Source of the DNA: Alphaproteobacteria bacterium
GTDB lineage: Bacteria; Pseudomonadota; Alphaproteobacteria; UBA828
Length of the DNA stretch: 64,000 nucleotides
Direction: 5' to 3'
Assembly (NCBI GenBank): GCA_965237415.1
Contig: CBDEFM010000002.1
Coordinates: 3,360,001 to 3,424,000, forward strand
Shown piece by piece: positions 9,382 to 19,777 of this stretch. The notes below the pieces were generated by a model, which had not been told where the DNA came from, made no database searches, and saw only the letters and a program-made list of their open reading frames with translations. Each line of letters opens with the position of its first letter. Position 1 is the stretch's first letter. The translations under genes and the position numbers were made by a program.

Positions 9382-9735
9382 ACGACAAGTGGGGACGCGG
9401 TGGGTCGAATGTTAGATTCGCTCCGGTTGCGCTATGAAGACGGCTTAGTGAAGAAGGTTGACGGGAGGTTTTGGGAAAGGGGAAATTTATACATATATTA
9501 CAACGGACTATGAATGAAATAGCGACGGAAAACCCCGCTATATTGGCAAACGATCGGCGAGCACCGGGAATTGAAGCGGCGCGCGGGTCTGACGAGCGTT
9601 GACATCCGGATCGCGCCCCACCGCTAACGCTACAGCAGCGGGATAACTACGGCCAATCGCCCGAGTCTTGCAGGCCCGGCTTCTCCATGGGAAAGGCGCA
9701 GCACGGACTGTGAAACGAGGCCGGTGTGTATCGCG

Positions 9736-10020
9736 CTACGATTTGGCGTGCTCGACGATGATCCGGCCGCGCCCGCGCCGGAGCAGGTAGCCACCGCGCG
9801 GGATCGCCAGCGTGCCCTCCTGGACCAGGGGCCAGAGCGTGTCGACGATCGTCTGCGCGTTGGTGTCGGCCTCTGCCTTGGCTCCCGCCGATTGCCCGGA
9901 AAGCCACGCGGCGAACGCCTGCTCGCCGATCTCTTCGCCCACGGACTTGCGCAGTGCATTGAGCTTGCGGCGCTGTCCCTTCGTCAGGGTGGTCTCATCG
10001 ATCCGGGATGTGTCTGCCAT
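9736..10020 (-). CDS. small basic hypothetical protein
   Basis: 94-aa ORF with GGAGAGG RBS, LTKGQRRKLNALRKSVG and RRGRGRIIV motifs. Confidence 0.7.
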   Translation of the reverse strand: MADTSRIDETTLTKGQRRKLNALRKSVGEEIGEQAFAAWLSGQSAGAKAEADTNAQTIVDTLWPLVQEGTLAIPRGGYLLRRGRGRIIVEHAKS

Positions 10021-10227
10021 GGACTTGCCTCTCCAGTGCGTCTTGCGTGGCCGGGTCGTCGGCTCGGGGCCTTATAGCAGACAGTTTGCAGATTGAGAGC
10101 AGCGCCGCGCGCGAAGCGTGCTGCAGAGATGCAATCCGTGAGAATTGAAGCGCTTCGGCGGAGGGATCCGGCGCAGAGCCGTCGGTCCGGCGATCTTCTG
10201 GAGCTTCCTGGAATGGCAGGAGGGCGC

Positions 10228-10379
10228 CCGACGACGACTTCGCGATGGTCTACGAGACCGGCAAGGCGGCCACGCGGACCCTGGGCGCGGTGGCGAGGGC
10301 CCTCAAGGGCGCCGAAAGCCTGGTCCTGGCGACCGACCCCGACCGCGAGGGCGAGGCCATCGCCTGGCAGGTGCTGACC
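10228..10379 (+). pseudogene. type IA topoisomerase Toprim fragment
   Basis: AESLVLATDPDREGEAIAWQVL signature; ends where the IS1182 begins. Confidence 0.8.
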
Positions 10380-10380
10380 T

Positions 10381-10885
10381 AGCAGTCTGTCGGACTTTGG
10401 ATTGGATTTGTCTTAGGATCGCGCGATGAGCAACTTCGTCGAGTGTGATTGGGAGCAGGCGTTTCTGCTTCCTCCCGATCTGCGGGACTGGCTCCCGGCG
10501 GATGATTTGGGGCACTTCGTGATCGAGGCGGTGGAGCGTGTCGATCTGGGCGCCTTCAAGGTGAACCATCGCGGCACGGGCTCGGCGCAGTATCACCCCC
10601 GGATGATGCTGGCGCTGATGATCTACTGCTACGCCAACGGGATCTTCTCCAGCCGTCGGATCGAGCGGGCGACGCACCGCGATATCGGGGTTCGCTTCGT
10701 CGCGGCGAACCGTCACCCCGACCACGACACGATCGCGCGCTTCCGGCGGGAGAACTTCGCTGCGGTGTCGGAGAGCTTCTTGCAGGTTCTGCTTCTGGCC
10801 AAGGAGTTGAAGCTGTTGCGCGTGGGCCTGGTGAGCGTCGACGGCTCCAAGTTCAAGGCCAACGCCAGCAAGCATCGCTCGGTGA
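10381..10885 (+). mobile_element. IS1182-family left end and transposase 5' fragment
   Basis: [56 protein letters not shown]; CDS from 10426, truncated. Confidence 0.85.
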
Positions 10886-11078
10886 CCCGATGGCGGTGGT
10901 GGACGCCCGGCTCGCCGTCCACGGCATCGAAGGGCTCCGGGTCGCCGACGCGTCCGTCATGCCCGTCATTGTCAGCGGCAACACCAACGCGCCGGCCATC
11001 ATGATCGGCGAGAAGGCGGCCGAGTTCATTCGAGGGGGGCCCACGCCCCAGGCGAAAGGGGAGAGGAGCGAGCAATGA
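10884..11078 (+). pseudogene. GMC oxidoreductase C-terminal fragment
   Basis: [43 protein letters not shown]. Confidence 0.88.
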
Positions 11079-11392
11079 TCGCGCACCTACACGTTCCGTC
11101 CCGGCACGGTGGACGACTGGCTGGAGCGTTACGAGACGGACGCCTGCCAGTCCAGAAGCGCCATCTCGGCCGCTTCGTCAGCCTCTACGTGTCGGAGATC
11201 GGCCGGCTACACCGGATCGTCCTGATCTGGGCCTACGAGAGCCTGGCCGATCGCGAGCGGCGGCGGGCGGCGATGACGGCGGATCCCGCGTGGCAGGCCT
11301 TCATCCAGTCGGTGTGGGCGCTCGACGCGATCCAGGAGCAGGACGTGATGGTGATGAACCCTGCGCCCTGCTCGCCGCCGCTCGGCGCCTGA
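11075..11392 (+). pseudogene. NIPSNAP-family protein, frameshifted near the N-terminus
   Basis: SEIGRLHRIVLIWAYESLADRERRRAAM.ADP.W; RTYTFRPG motif lies in another frame. Confidence 0.75.
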
Positions 11393-11469
11393 ACGGCCCA
11401 TTGGGATGGGCTTGCCGTCCAACGAATACCGGGCGCAATGGGCGCCCGTGAGAGAGGAGGAGTGAGGAC

Positions 11470-11535
11470 ATGTCGAACAAGACGACAGCGAACGAGAAGG
11501 AGGCACCGCTCGCGCGCCTCAGCCGCCGCGGGTTC
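11470..11535 (+). pseudogene. orphan 5' end of a Tat-exported protein
   Basis: MSNKTTANEKEAPLARLSRRGF (twin-arginine motif) after GAGGAGGAG RBS; remainder replaced by IS sequence. Confidence 0.5.
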
Positions 11536-12470
11536 TCCAGCACGATCTCGCGAACACGCACCTCGCCCCGCTCACGGGTACCGAGGATGTACTCCAGGCC
11601 CCGCTCCTCAAGCGCCGCAATCGTCGCCGCCGAGATCATGCCCCGGTCCGCCACCACGCACACACGGCCGATGCCGAAGCGCCGGCGCAGCCGATCCACG
11701 ACCGGCACCAGCACCGTGCTGTCGGACGTGTTGCCCGCCAGCATCTCCGTGCACACCGGCCGCCCCGCGCCGTCGATGACCACCGCCAGGATCATCTGCT
11801 TCAGGTCCGGCCGCTGGTCCTTCGAGTGGCCGTGCGCCCCCAGCGTCTCGCCGCTCGCCCCTTCGAAGCTCAGCGAGGTCGTGTCCATGAACACAAGGCC
11901 AAGCTCGCTGAACAGGTCGCGCCGGCGCGCGAACAGCGCCTCCTCGATCAAATCCTTCTCGCAGCGCGGCGCAAGATCGCCGTCTGCGGCCGGCTCGATC
12001 TCCTCCCCCAGCCAAGCCATCGCCCGGTGGAAGTGGTGAAGCGCCAGACCCTCGGCACCCGGGATGGCGTAGTCCGTCATCCAGTGCGCACACGAGCGGT
12101 CTGAGCCCGAGACCATGAGGCGGTGAAGCACCGCCGCGAACACCACCCGTTCCGCATCGAACCCGAAGCCCCGCCCGGCCAGACGCTCCGACACCACCGC
12201 TCGGCACCCGCTTTCCTCCCACAGCCGTCCGAACAGAAGCGGCGCGCCGATCCGGCGCACTTCGAAGCGCGCATCCCCCTCCTCGATGAGGCGCAGCACC
12301 AGGGAGCGCTCGGCAAAGCGGTCGATCGAGGCGACTAGCCTGTCCAGCGCGACCGAGGCGAGGACGGCTTTCTTGCGACCCAGGTTGCGGATGATGCGCT
12401 GCTTGGTGCGTCAGTTCTCGCGCACACTCTCGACCAGATAGAGGTAGGTGCAGCCGTTGACACGAAAGTA
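11530..12470 (-). mobile_element. IS1634-family transposase pseudogene
   Basis: YLYLVESVRE..KQRIIRNLGR, VFMDTTSLSFEG, GHSKDQRPDLKQM, VVADRGMIS; internal stop and 3' truncation. Confidence 0.8.
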
Positions 12471-12877
12471 CAAACGCTGCTGTGGGGCGAACTCACGCTG
12501 TGTGGGTCGTGTGCAGAGATGCGAATGACCGGCAGCACCCGCAGTTGGAATCAACGAGCAGCTCGGCGCCGACAGCGCTGCGCAGGCGTTCGAATCCGAA
12601 TGCTTCCGGAGCGCTTGCGCCGCGACTTCAGGCGTTCTGGTCAGCGTGGCTTGTGACCGGATGAAACTCGTGCGGTAGCAAAGGGTTGGATGGCTCACGC
12701 GGGGCCGCGAGGATGGTCACGCGACGAACAGCGCGAAGTTAGCTGTAATTGAGACGGTAAGCGCCTGTGAGCGCCGCTCCGATAGTCGTGTGACGGCCGG
12801 GGGTATGATCAAGCGGCCTCTCGTTCCGCCTGCCGGTTGGTGATGGCGATGCGGGTAGGGTGCCGAGGACGCCGATT

Positions 12878-14725
12878 TCAGCCTGCGTCGGACAGCGCAC
12901 CGTCGATGGCGGTGAGGAACGGCTCGGCGAACTGCTCCAGCTTGGCGGCGCCGACGCCGTTGACCTCGGCGAACTCCTCTCTCGTGCGCGGCCGCCGGCG
13001 CACCATGTCGATCAGGGTGCGATCATGAAACACCACATAGGCCGGCACGCCGCGCTCCTTGGCCAGCTCCAGCCGCAGCGCCTTGAGCACGGCGAGCAGG
13101 GTCGACTGATCGCTGGTCAAGGTCTCTTCCGGCTCCGTCCCCCGCCTCTCGCGCGGCGCGGCCGGGGAGTCTGGAACCACGGTGTCGGCGCGGTAGTGGA
13201 AGGTGCCGTCGCCGCGTAGAAGGTCGAGACCCTCTTCGGTAATGGCGAGCCCGCCATAGCCCGCGATGTCGAGCCGCAGAAACCCCGTCGCAACCATCTG
13301 GCGGATCAGCGAGCGCCAGTCATTCTTGCCGCGCGCCTTGCCCGCCCCGAAGACCGGAAGCCGGTGATGACCGAAGCGCACGATCTTCTCGGTCTCGCTT
13401 CCCCGCAGGATGTCGATCACGTGTGCCGCGCCGAAGCGCTGACCTGAGCGCTGGACCGCCGAGAGGACCATCCGGGCCTCCTCGGTCCCGTCCAAGCGCT
13501 CGGCCGGATGGAGGCAGTCGTCGCAGTTTCCGCAGGCGCCGATGCATTCACCGAAATAGTCCAGCAGCGCCACCCGCCGGCATGCCGGCGCCTCGCAGTA
13601 GCCCAGCAGCGCGTCAAGGCGCTTGTGCTCGCGGCGCTTGCGCTCGGGGCCCGCATCCTCCTCCTCGATGAACTGGCGACGCATCCTGATGTCGTCGAGG
13701 CCATAGAGCATGTGAGCCTCGGCCGGTGCGCCGTCGCGCCCGGCACGGCCGATCTCCTGGTAGTAGGCCTCGACGCTGCCAGGCAGGTCGGAGTGGAAGA
13801 CGTAGCGCACATCCGCCTTATCGATCCCCATGCCGAAGGCGATGGTGGCGACGATGACCACGCCCGGATCGGTCATGAAGATGTTCTGGTGCGCCTCCCG
13901 CTCCTCCTTCTCCATCCCTGCGTGATAGGGGAGCGCCCGAACGCCCTCCGCCGCCAGCATGGCGGCGGTCTCCTCGGTCTTCTTGCGGGAGAGGCAGTAG
14001 ACGATGCCGCTCTCGCCTTCGTGGCGGGCGACGAAGCTCCGCAACTGCCGCTTCCACTCGCGCTTCATCTCCACCGTGAGCTTGATGTTGGGACGGTCGA
14101 AGCCGAGCACGAACTGCTCTGCCCGGCCGCCGAACAGCTTGTCCACGATGTCGACCCGGGTCACCTCGTCGGCCGTGGCCGTCAGCGCCGCGATCGGGAC
14201 GCCGGGGAAGAGCTCGCGCAAGCGGCACAGGTCCTCGTATTCCGGGCGGAAGGCCGGGCCCCATTGCGAGATGCAGTGGGCCTCGTCGATGGCGAAGAGC
14301 GTGACCGGCAGGCGGGCGAGGGCCGCCAGCATGCGCTCGGTCATCAGCCGTTCCGGAGCCATGTAGAGGAGCCGCGTCTCGCCCGCCGCCGCGCGGCGCC
14401 AGGCGGTGACGTTGCGGCTGCGGTCGTTCGCGGAGTGGATGCAGTCCGCCGCGACACCCGCGAGCCTGAGCGCGGCCACCTGGTCCTGCATTAGGGCGAT
14501 TAGCGGAGACACCACCACCGTGAGCCCGTCCATGACAAGCGCCGGGATCTGGAAGCAGAGCGACTTGCCCGATCCTGTCGGCATCACTGTGAGCGCGTGA
14601 CGCCCGGCAAGAAGCGCCTCGATCGCCGCCTCTTGGCCGGGCCGAAAATCCTCGAAGCCGAAGACCTCCCGCAGCACCCTGCGAGCCTCGAGAATGGGTT
14701 CTCCCGTCGTCTCCATCAGCCGCAT
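12878..14725 (-). CDS. recQ: ATP-dependent DNA helicase RecQ
   Basis: MPTGSGKSLCFQ, DEAHCISQWG, ALTATA, YYQEIGRAGRDG, RQC Cys cluster, HRDC domain. Confidence 0.96.
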   Translation of the reverse strand: MRLMETTGEPILEARRVLREVFGFEDFRPGQEAAIEALLAGRHALTVMPTGSGKSLCFQIPALVMDGLTVVVSPLIALMQDQVAALRLAGVAADCIHSANDRSRNVTAWRRAAAGETRLLYMAPERLMTERMLAALARLPVTLFAIDEAHCISQWGPAFRPEYEDLCRLRELFPGVPIAALTATADEVTRVDIVDKLFGGRAEQFVLGFDRPNIKLTVEMKREWKRQLRSFVARHEGESGIVYCLSRKKTEETAAMLAAEGVRALPYHAGMEKEEREAHQNIFMTDPGVVIVATIAFGMGIDKADVRYVFHSDLPGSVEAYYQEIGRAGRDGAPAEAHMLYGLDDIRMRRQFIEEEDAGPERKRREHKRLDALLGYCEAPACRRVALLDYFGECIGACGNCDDCLHPAERLDGTEEARMVLSAVQRSGQRFGAAHVIDILRGSETEKIVRFGHHRLPVFGAGKARGKNDWRSLIRQMVATGFLRLDIAGYGGLAITEEGLDLLRGDGTFHYRADTVVPDSPAAPRERRGTEPEETLTSDQSTLLAVLKALRLELAKERGVPAYVVFHDRTLIDMVRRRPRTREEFAEVNGVGAAKLEQFAEPFLTAIDGALSDAG

Positions 14726-14815
14726 CGTGCCGCCCGCATGCCGATCACCGACGAGCGAGGTGGCAGCGTTGCCTCTCCATCACTGATTCTTGCAGTACGG
14801 TTCGCTCTCTTGCGT

Positions 14816-15574
14816 TCACCTACGATGATCCTCGGCGGAATCCTGCGGCGAGAAGCCCAGCACCTCTCTGGCGTGGGAGAGATCGCGATAGCCCCACTTG
14901 TTGTCGGACTGGATAAAGAAGATGTCGTAGCGGATCGATTCGTTCAGGTCGACGGCGCGTTCGATGGCGTTGACGACATCACGCTGGCTGCACCACACGG
15001 AGAACGTCCGCGCATCGACCGGCCGGTCTTCGGCGTTGACGAAGCCGATGCGCAACGCGATCACGGAGAGATCGAAGCTGTCTGCGTAGTAACGCGCGAG
15101 GGCCTCGCCCCAAATCTTGGAACTGGCGTAAGGGCCGTTGGGGCGTGTGGCCATGTCATGGCGTATCCGCACCCAGTCGGCGGGCACGTCGTCGTAACGG
15201 CCCTCGACGAGCGCGCGGTACGGCTCCTCACGCTCCCAGCCGGCGACGGCCGCACCGGAGCTGGCGAACACCACGCGCTTGCAACCGCCGAGCCTGGCCG
15301 CTTCGAGCACGTTGCGGGTGCCAATGACGTTGGTGTCGCGAAGTTCTTCCCACGTATGGCCGTCGCCGGCCTTCGCTGCGAGGTGGATGACGGTGTCCCG
15401 GCCTTCGAAGGCAGGTCGGATCGCGTCGAGATCGGAGAGATCCGCGCGCACCGTGGTGACGTCGGGCACGTCGCTCCGATTGAGGGCGGCGAGCCGCGCA
15501 CGGGGTTCGAGACGCTTGCGCACGGCCGAGCCGATAAGGCCGCTCATGCCGGTAATCAGGATGTCCTGGCTCAC
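14816..15574 (-). CDS. NAD-dependent epimerase/dehydratase (uronate dehydrogenase-like)
   Basis: ITGMSGLIG, VIHLAA, VFASS, YASSK motifs. Confidence 0.85.
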   Translation of the reverse strand: MSQDILITGMSGLIGSAVRKRLEPRARLAALNRSDVPDVTTVRADLSDLDAIRPAFEGRDTVIHLAAKAGDGHTWEELRDTNVIGTRNVLEAARLGGCKRVVFASSGAAVAGWEREEPYRALVEGRYDDVPADWVRIRHDMATRPNGPYASSKIWGEALARYYADSFDLSVIALRIGFVNAEDRPVDARTFSVWCSQRDVVNAIERAVDLNESIRYDIFFIQSDNKWGYRDLSHAREVLGFSPQDSAEDHRR

Positions 15575-16046
15575 GGTCCGTTATCCCTCTCCGAAGCCCG
15601 CTTTGCTATCGCCTCTGCGGCACTCGTTTGTGGTGCCGGACGGGCGCGCACCCTGCCGGGCCGTCGACGGCATCGCAATAGCGGATCCGCATGCAATTTG
15701 ATGGTGGACGGTGGTACGGAGACGTCCGGCTTGGCTGCCATGGTCGAAGAATATGAATGAGTGGAAGGGGTAGTTTTAGTGTCTGTCTTATCTGCCACGA
15801 CATCAGGAACCGCGGCACGGTGGCGTACAAGCCTCGACAACCGTCATCCTGTCGACTGTCGGCAGCGTCATCGCCGGGACATGCCGTGAACACGCTTGAG
15901 ATTTCTTGCCTTGCTGCCGATATGGTCCCTGAACGCAGTTAGGTCCATTCAATCTACCCAGGGAAGCTTATCTACCTCACTGAAACTGCGTCAGTTTCGA
16001 CAGCAGCGAGATTTGATCCCGACTCTTGTCGTTCAACTATTCCATT

Positions 16047-17076
16047 GGCTCAATTCGCAAACCGTAGGCACCGGCGGTAGAATGGTTCCCGATTCGCGTG
16101 GGAGGTCAGGCAGATGGATCACGAGCGGTTTCGGGACTGGTTCTCGCATGTTGATGAGTTGACGGCGGCGCAGCGCAAGGAGGTTGCGACGGTGCTGTCG
16201 GACCCGCCGGAGGGCGCGGCCTCGCTGGCGGCGATCGAGCTGGGCGTGGATGACGAGCGGCGCTGTCCGCATTGCGCCAGCGCCGGGGCGGTGTCGCGCG
16301 GCAAGGCACGCGGTCTTCGCCGCTATCGGTGCAAGGCCTGCGGGAAGACATTCGGCGCGCTCACGGGCACGGCGCTGTCGGGCCTGCACCACAAGGAACG
16401 CTGGCTGGCCTTCGGCGCCTCGCTTGGCGCAGGCGAGACGATCCGAGAGGCAGCCGAGCGCTGCGGGATTGCGCCGAGCACGGCGTTTCGCTGGCGCCAC
16501 CGCTTCCTGGAGGCGGTGCGCCAAGCGCCGGACCGGCTTGCCGGGATCGTCGAGGCGGACGAGACCTTCGTTCTCGAGAGCCGGAAGGGGGAGCGGAAGC
16601 TGGATCGCAAGCCGCGCCGGCGCGGCGGCAAGGCCCGCAAACGCGGCCTCTCGCGCGAGCAGGTGCCGATCCTGGTCGCCGCCGATCGCGCCGGCGCGAC
16701 CCTCAGCCAAACCCTGCCCGCTCTCAACGCAAAGAGCGTGAAGGAGGCGCTGGAGCCGGTCGTCGCCCGCGATGCCTTGCTCGTCTCCGACGCCAACCGC
16801 TGCTATCCGCCCGTCGCAGCGGCGCTCGACATCCCGCACGAGAGCATCAACGGCGCCGCCGGCGAGCGGGTCCGCGGCGCCCTGCACATCCAGACGGTCA
16901 ACAGCCGCCACAGCCAGATCAAGGGCTTCCTGCGAGGCTTCCGCGGCATCGCCACCAAGTACCTCGACAGCTATCTCAGGTGGTTCCATCTCATCGAACT
17001 CGGCGACCAGCCATCGCCAAGAGCGTGTCTCAAGGCGGCAATGGCCAGACCATGCCTACGCTTCGCTAATTGAGCC
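16047..17076 (+). mobile_element. intact IS1595-family element
   Basis: 24-bp imperfect IRs GGCTCAATTCGCAAACCGTAGGCA / TGCCTACGCTTCGCTAATTGAGCC; near-perfect 8-bp TSD ATTCCATT/TTTCCATT. Confidence 0.92.
16114..17073 (+). CDS. IS1595 transposase
   Basis: CPHC...C..C zinc ribbon, VEADET, LVSD, HIQTVN, FRGIATKYLDSYLRWF. Confidence 0.93.
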   Translation: MDHERFRDWFSHVDELTAAQRKEVATVLSDPPEGAASLAAIELGVDDERRCPHCASAGAVSRGKARGLRRYRCKACGKTFGALTGTALSGLHHKERWLAFGASLGAGETIREAAERCGIAPSTAFRWRHRFLEAVRQAPDRLAGIVEADETFVLESRKGERKLDRKPRRRGGKARKRGLSREQVPILVAADRAGATLSQTLPALNAKSVKEALEPVVARDALLVSDANRCYPPVAAALDIPHESINGAAGERVRGALHIQTVNSRHSQIKGFLRGFRGIATKYLDSYLRWFHLIELGDQPSPRACLKAAMARPCLRFAN

Positions 17077-17125
17077 TTTCCATTTGAGGGTCTCGCGTGA
17101 AGCCCGCAGACATATGGGCGGCCGT

Positions 17126-17809
17126 TCACAGGTCCTCGATTGACTCAGCCCGTCCGGTTTCGACTGTGGCGTCTGAACGTGCATCAGGCTCGAAAAAGGC
17201 GTCGTGCCATATCCGAGTCACGATCCTTGCGGCGTCGTCGACGGAGACCGGGTGCTCGTTTAATTGTTCCTCCTGCGCAAACCAAACATAAGCGCATTGC
17301 TCGACCATCGCAGCCATGGCTTCCGCAACGAGGCGGGCCGGAACGCCGTCTACCTCTTCTATCCCGTACTTCGCCTTGAGAGCGCCCACGAACCGATCGA
17401 CATGGCGGTTCCGCATCGCCCACCAGACGCTGCGGAACCGCTTGTCAACCGTGGAGGCCTCGATAAGGGCGCGCATCACGTCGCGATTTTCGCTGTAGAG
17501 CGCGAGATAGCCGCGGTTTGCTTCGAGCAAGGCCCCCATGGGGTCGGTTGCCAGTTGCTTGTTCGGCGCTCGACTCGCTTCGAACAATGCCTCGTGAATG
17601 CCGTCGATCAAGGCCCTGAACAAATCCTCCTTATTGCGGAAATACCGATAGAGAGCGCCGAGCGATACTCCCGCCTCTTCGGCAACGTCGATCATCTTGA
17701 GGGAGACATAGCCGTTGCGAGCCAGCACTCTTCGGGCACTCGCCAGGAGACGGCTGCGCGTACGCCGGCCTTTGGGAGTGGTCGGGAATTGGGTCATCTG
17801 CGCCGCCAT
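17126..17809 (-). CDS. TetR/AcrR family transcriptional regulator
   Basis: TRSRLLASARRVLARNGY...DVAEEAGVSLGALYRYFRNKEDL; divergent from the catabolic operon; start uncertain. Confidence 0.92.
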   Translation of the reverse strand: MAAQMTQFPTTPKGRRTRSRLLASARRVLARNGYVSLKMIDVAEEAGVSLGALYRYFRNKEDLFRALIDGIHEALFEASRAPNKQLATDPMGALLEANRGYLALYSENRDVMRALIEASTVDKRFRSVWWAMRNRHVDRFVGALKAKYGIEEVDGVPARLVAEAMAAMVEQCAYVWFAQEEQLNEHPVSVDDAARIVTRIWHDAFFEPDARSDATVETGRAESIEDL

Positions 17810-17994
17810 TCCAGCGACCTCCACCCGCTTTGCGCACCGCACTTCCTCGGGCGTCGCCGGCTCACGCTCTTCACCGGCCATCCTCCGGGTGGTGTCGTGG
17901 TTGCTCCCGGGCGGCCCCGCGGAAGCCCCGTTCCCGGTCATGCCAAGATGGTATCAAGAGAAAACAAGACGGTCATTAAAAATACAATCAATAA

Positions 17995-18021
17995 AAAAAC
18001 CGACATCACCATATTGATTTT
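17995..18021. promoter_or_regulatory. candidate TetR operator in the AT-rich divergent promoter region
   Basis: imperfect palindrome AAAACCGACAT-CACC-ATATTGATTTT. Confidence 0.4.
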
Positions 18022-18103
18022 GGATCAATGCGCTTCTACGTTAGGCGTGAGCGGGGATGCCTGTGGAAGTGTGGTGAATCCGGGCCGGCGACGGGAGCGG
18101 CAG

Positions 18104-19777
18104 ATGAGCGGGTTTCGTCTCGGAGATCCCGATAGTTCGCAGGCCACGCGAGCAGCGTTTCCGGATACCGCCGCTGCCAACCGCGCCGAACGTCAACGCC
18201 GGTACCGCGCGAAGGGGTGGTGGCCAGGCGAGCGCTTATGCGACCGCTACACCGTCCTCGCCCAGCGCTTTGAAAACCGCCTCGCCGTCGCCGATTCAAG
18301 CGGTCGGCGGCTTAGCCACGGCATGTTGTGGCGGGAGGGCGCACGCCTCGCCGAAAAGCTGGAAGCGGGCGGAATCGGTCGCGGCGACATCGTGATCCTT
18401 CTTCTGCCGAACATCGTCGACGGGCAGGTGGCGTTCGTCGCATTGCTGCGTCTCGGTGCCATACCCGCGAGTTTGCCGACCCGCACCGATCCCGAAACGG
18501 TCGCCTACGCTGCTCGACTGACAGGCGCGCGGGCACTGGTTTCATTGGAACGCCACGGCACCGCGCGGCTGGGAGATATCGCCCGGGAAGCCGCCTCGAC
18601 CTGCGGGCATGGGCTGGGCGTCTTCCTGTTCGACGATTCCGTCGGGACGTGGTGGACGACGCCAGCAAATCGAAGAGCGCCCTTGCTGGCGAGCGCCGCC
18701 GACCTCGCGCACATTATGTTCACGTCGAGCACGACCGGCCGGCCCAAGGCTGTCATGCACACCGAAGACACCCTCGCCGCACTGAATATTGGGTTCACGG
18801 AGCGTTTCTCGCTTGGCCCGGATGCGCCGATCTTTCTCGCCTCTCCCCTCGGACACAGCATTGGTGCCATCCACGGCATCCGATTGGCGCTCCATACCGG
18901 CGCGTCGCTCATTCTTCAGGATGTCTGGAATCCCGAGCGCGCGCTCGAAGCGATCGAGGAGTTCGGCTGTGCGTTCACCGCCGCGGCGACGCCGTTTCTG
19001 AAGGATCTGGTCGACGCTAGCTGGCCGCGCTCGACGCCGAAGCTGGCACCGCTCCGCTCGTTTCTATGCGGCGGCGCGCAGGTGCCGCCGTCACTGATGG
19101 AGGCCGCGCAGGCCCAGTTTTCGAACACGTTTGTGACGGTCCTTTGGGGCATGACCGAGGGCGGGCTCGTCACCTGCGACCGCGAGAGCCCCTGCGAGAA
19201 ACTGATGAGTACCGCAGGCATCGGACTGCCAGGGCTTGAACTGCGTTGCCTCGACGCCGAGGGCGGTACGTTGCCTGTGGGTGAGGAGGGAGAGCTGGCC
19301 ATGCGGGGGCCGGGCGTCTTCATCGGCTATTTCGGCCAGCAAGACCTCTACGAATCCCTGATCACAGACGACGGGTTCTTTCGCACCGGCGATCTCGCGC
19401 GGATCGACGCGGAAGGATATGTGCGCATCACCGGCAGACTGAAGGACCTGATCATTCGCGGCGGCGTCAACATCTCACCGGCGCCGATCGAGAATGCGCT
19501 TGCCGACCATCCAGGCGTCAACGCCGTGGCCGTCATCGGCCATCCCGACGAGCGCTTGGGCGAACGCATCTGTGCGGTGGTGGTGCCTGACGGCGAGGCC
19601 CCGAGCCTCGACGACCTTATCGCCCACGCGCAAGCGAGGCGCCTGCCGAAGCATCACTGCCCCGAGGTCCTGCGCATCGTCGAAACGATGCCAATGACGC
19701 CGGCAGGGAAGATCCGCAAGGCCGACCTCCGCGCCATCGTGAGCGGCGATGGCGCCGGATCCGGTGAAGGGGCATGA
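18104..19777 (+). CDS. acyl-CoA ligase (cyclohexanecarboxylate-CoA ligase/FadK-like)
   Basis: MFTSSTTGRPKAVMH, WGMTEG, FRTGDL, GRLKDLIIRGG, GKIRK motifs. Confidence 0.9.
   Translation: MSGFRLGDPDSSQATRAAFPDTAAANRAERQRRYRAKGWWPGERLCDRYTVLAQRFENRLAVADSSGRRLSHGMLWREGARLAEKLEAGGIGRGDIVILLLPNIVDGQVAFVALLRLGAIPASLPTRTDPETVAYAARLTGARALVSLERHGTARLGDIAREAASTCGHGLGVFLFDDSVGTWWTTPANRRAPLLASAADLAHIMFTSSTTGRPKAVMHTEDTLAALNIGFTERFSLGPDAPIFLASPLGHSIGAIHGIRLALHTGASLILQDVWNPERALEAIEEFGCAFTAAATPFLKDLVDASWPRSTPKLAPLRSFLCGGAQVPPSLMEAAQAQFSNTFVTVLWGMTEGGLVTCDRESPCEKLMSTAGIGLPGLELRCLDAEGGTLPVGEEGELAMRGPGVFIGYFGQQDLYESLITDDGFFRTGDLARIDAEGYVRITGRLKDLIIRGGVNISPAPIENALADHPGVNAVAVIGHPDERLGERICAVVVPDGEAPSLDDLIAHAQARRLPKHHCPEVLRIVETMPMTPAGKIRKADLRAIVSGDGAGSGEGA

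Noticed and set aside
12757-12800. GTAAGCG... as an IS66 left end pairing with 9381
   Set aside because: Wrong side and orientation to bracket the tnpC fragment, and little similarity beyond GTAA
17264-18103. N-terminal 280 aa of the 837-aa ORF as part of the CoA ligase
   Set aside because: It overlaps TetR on the opposite strand; ligase homology and an RBS point to ATG 18104
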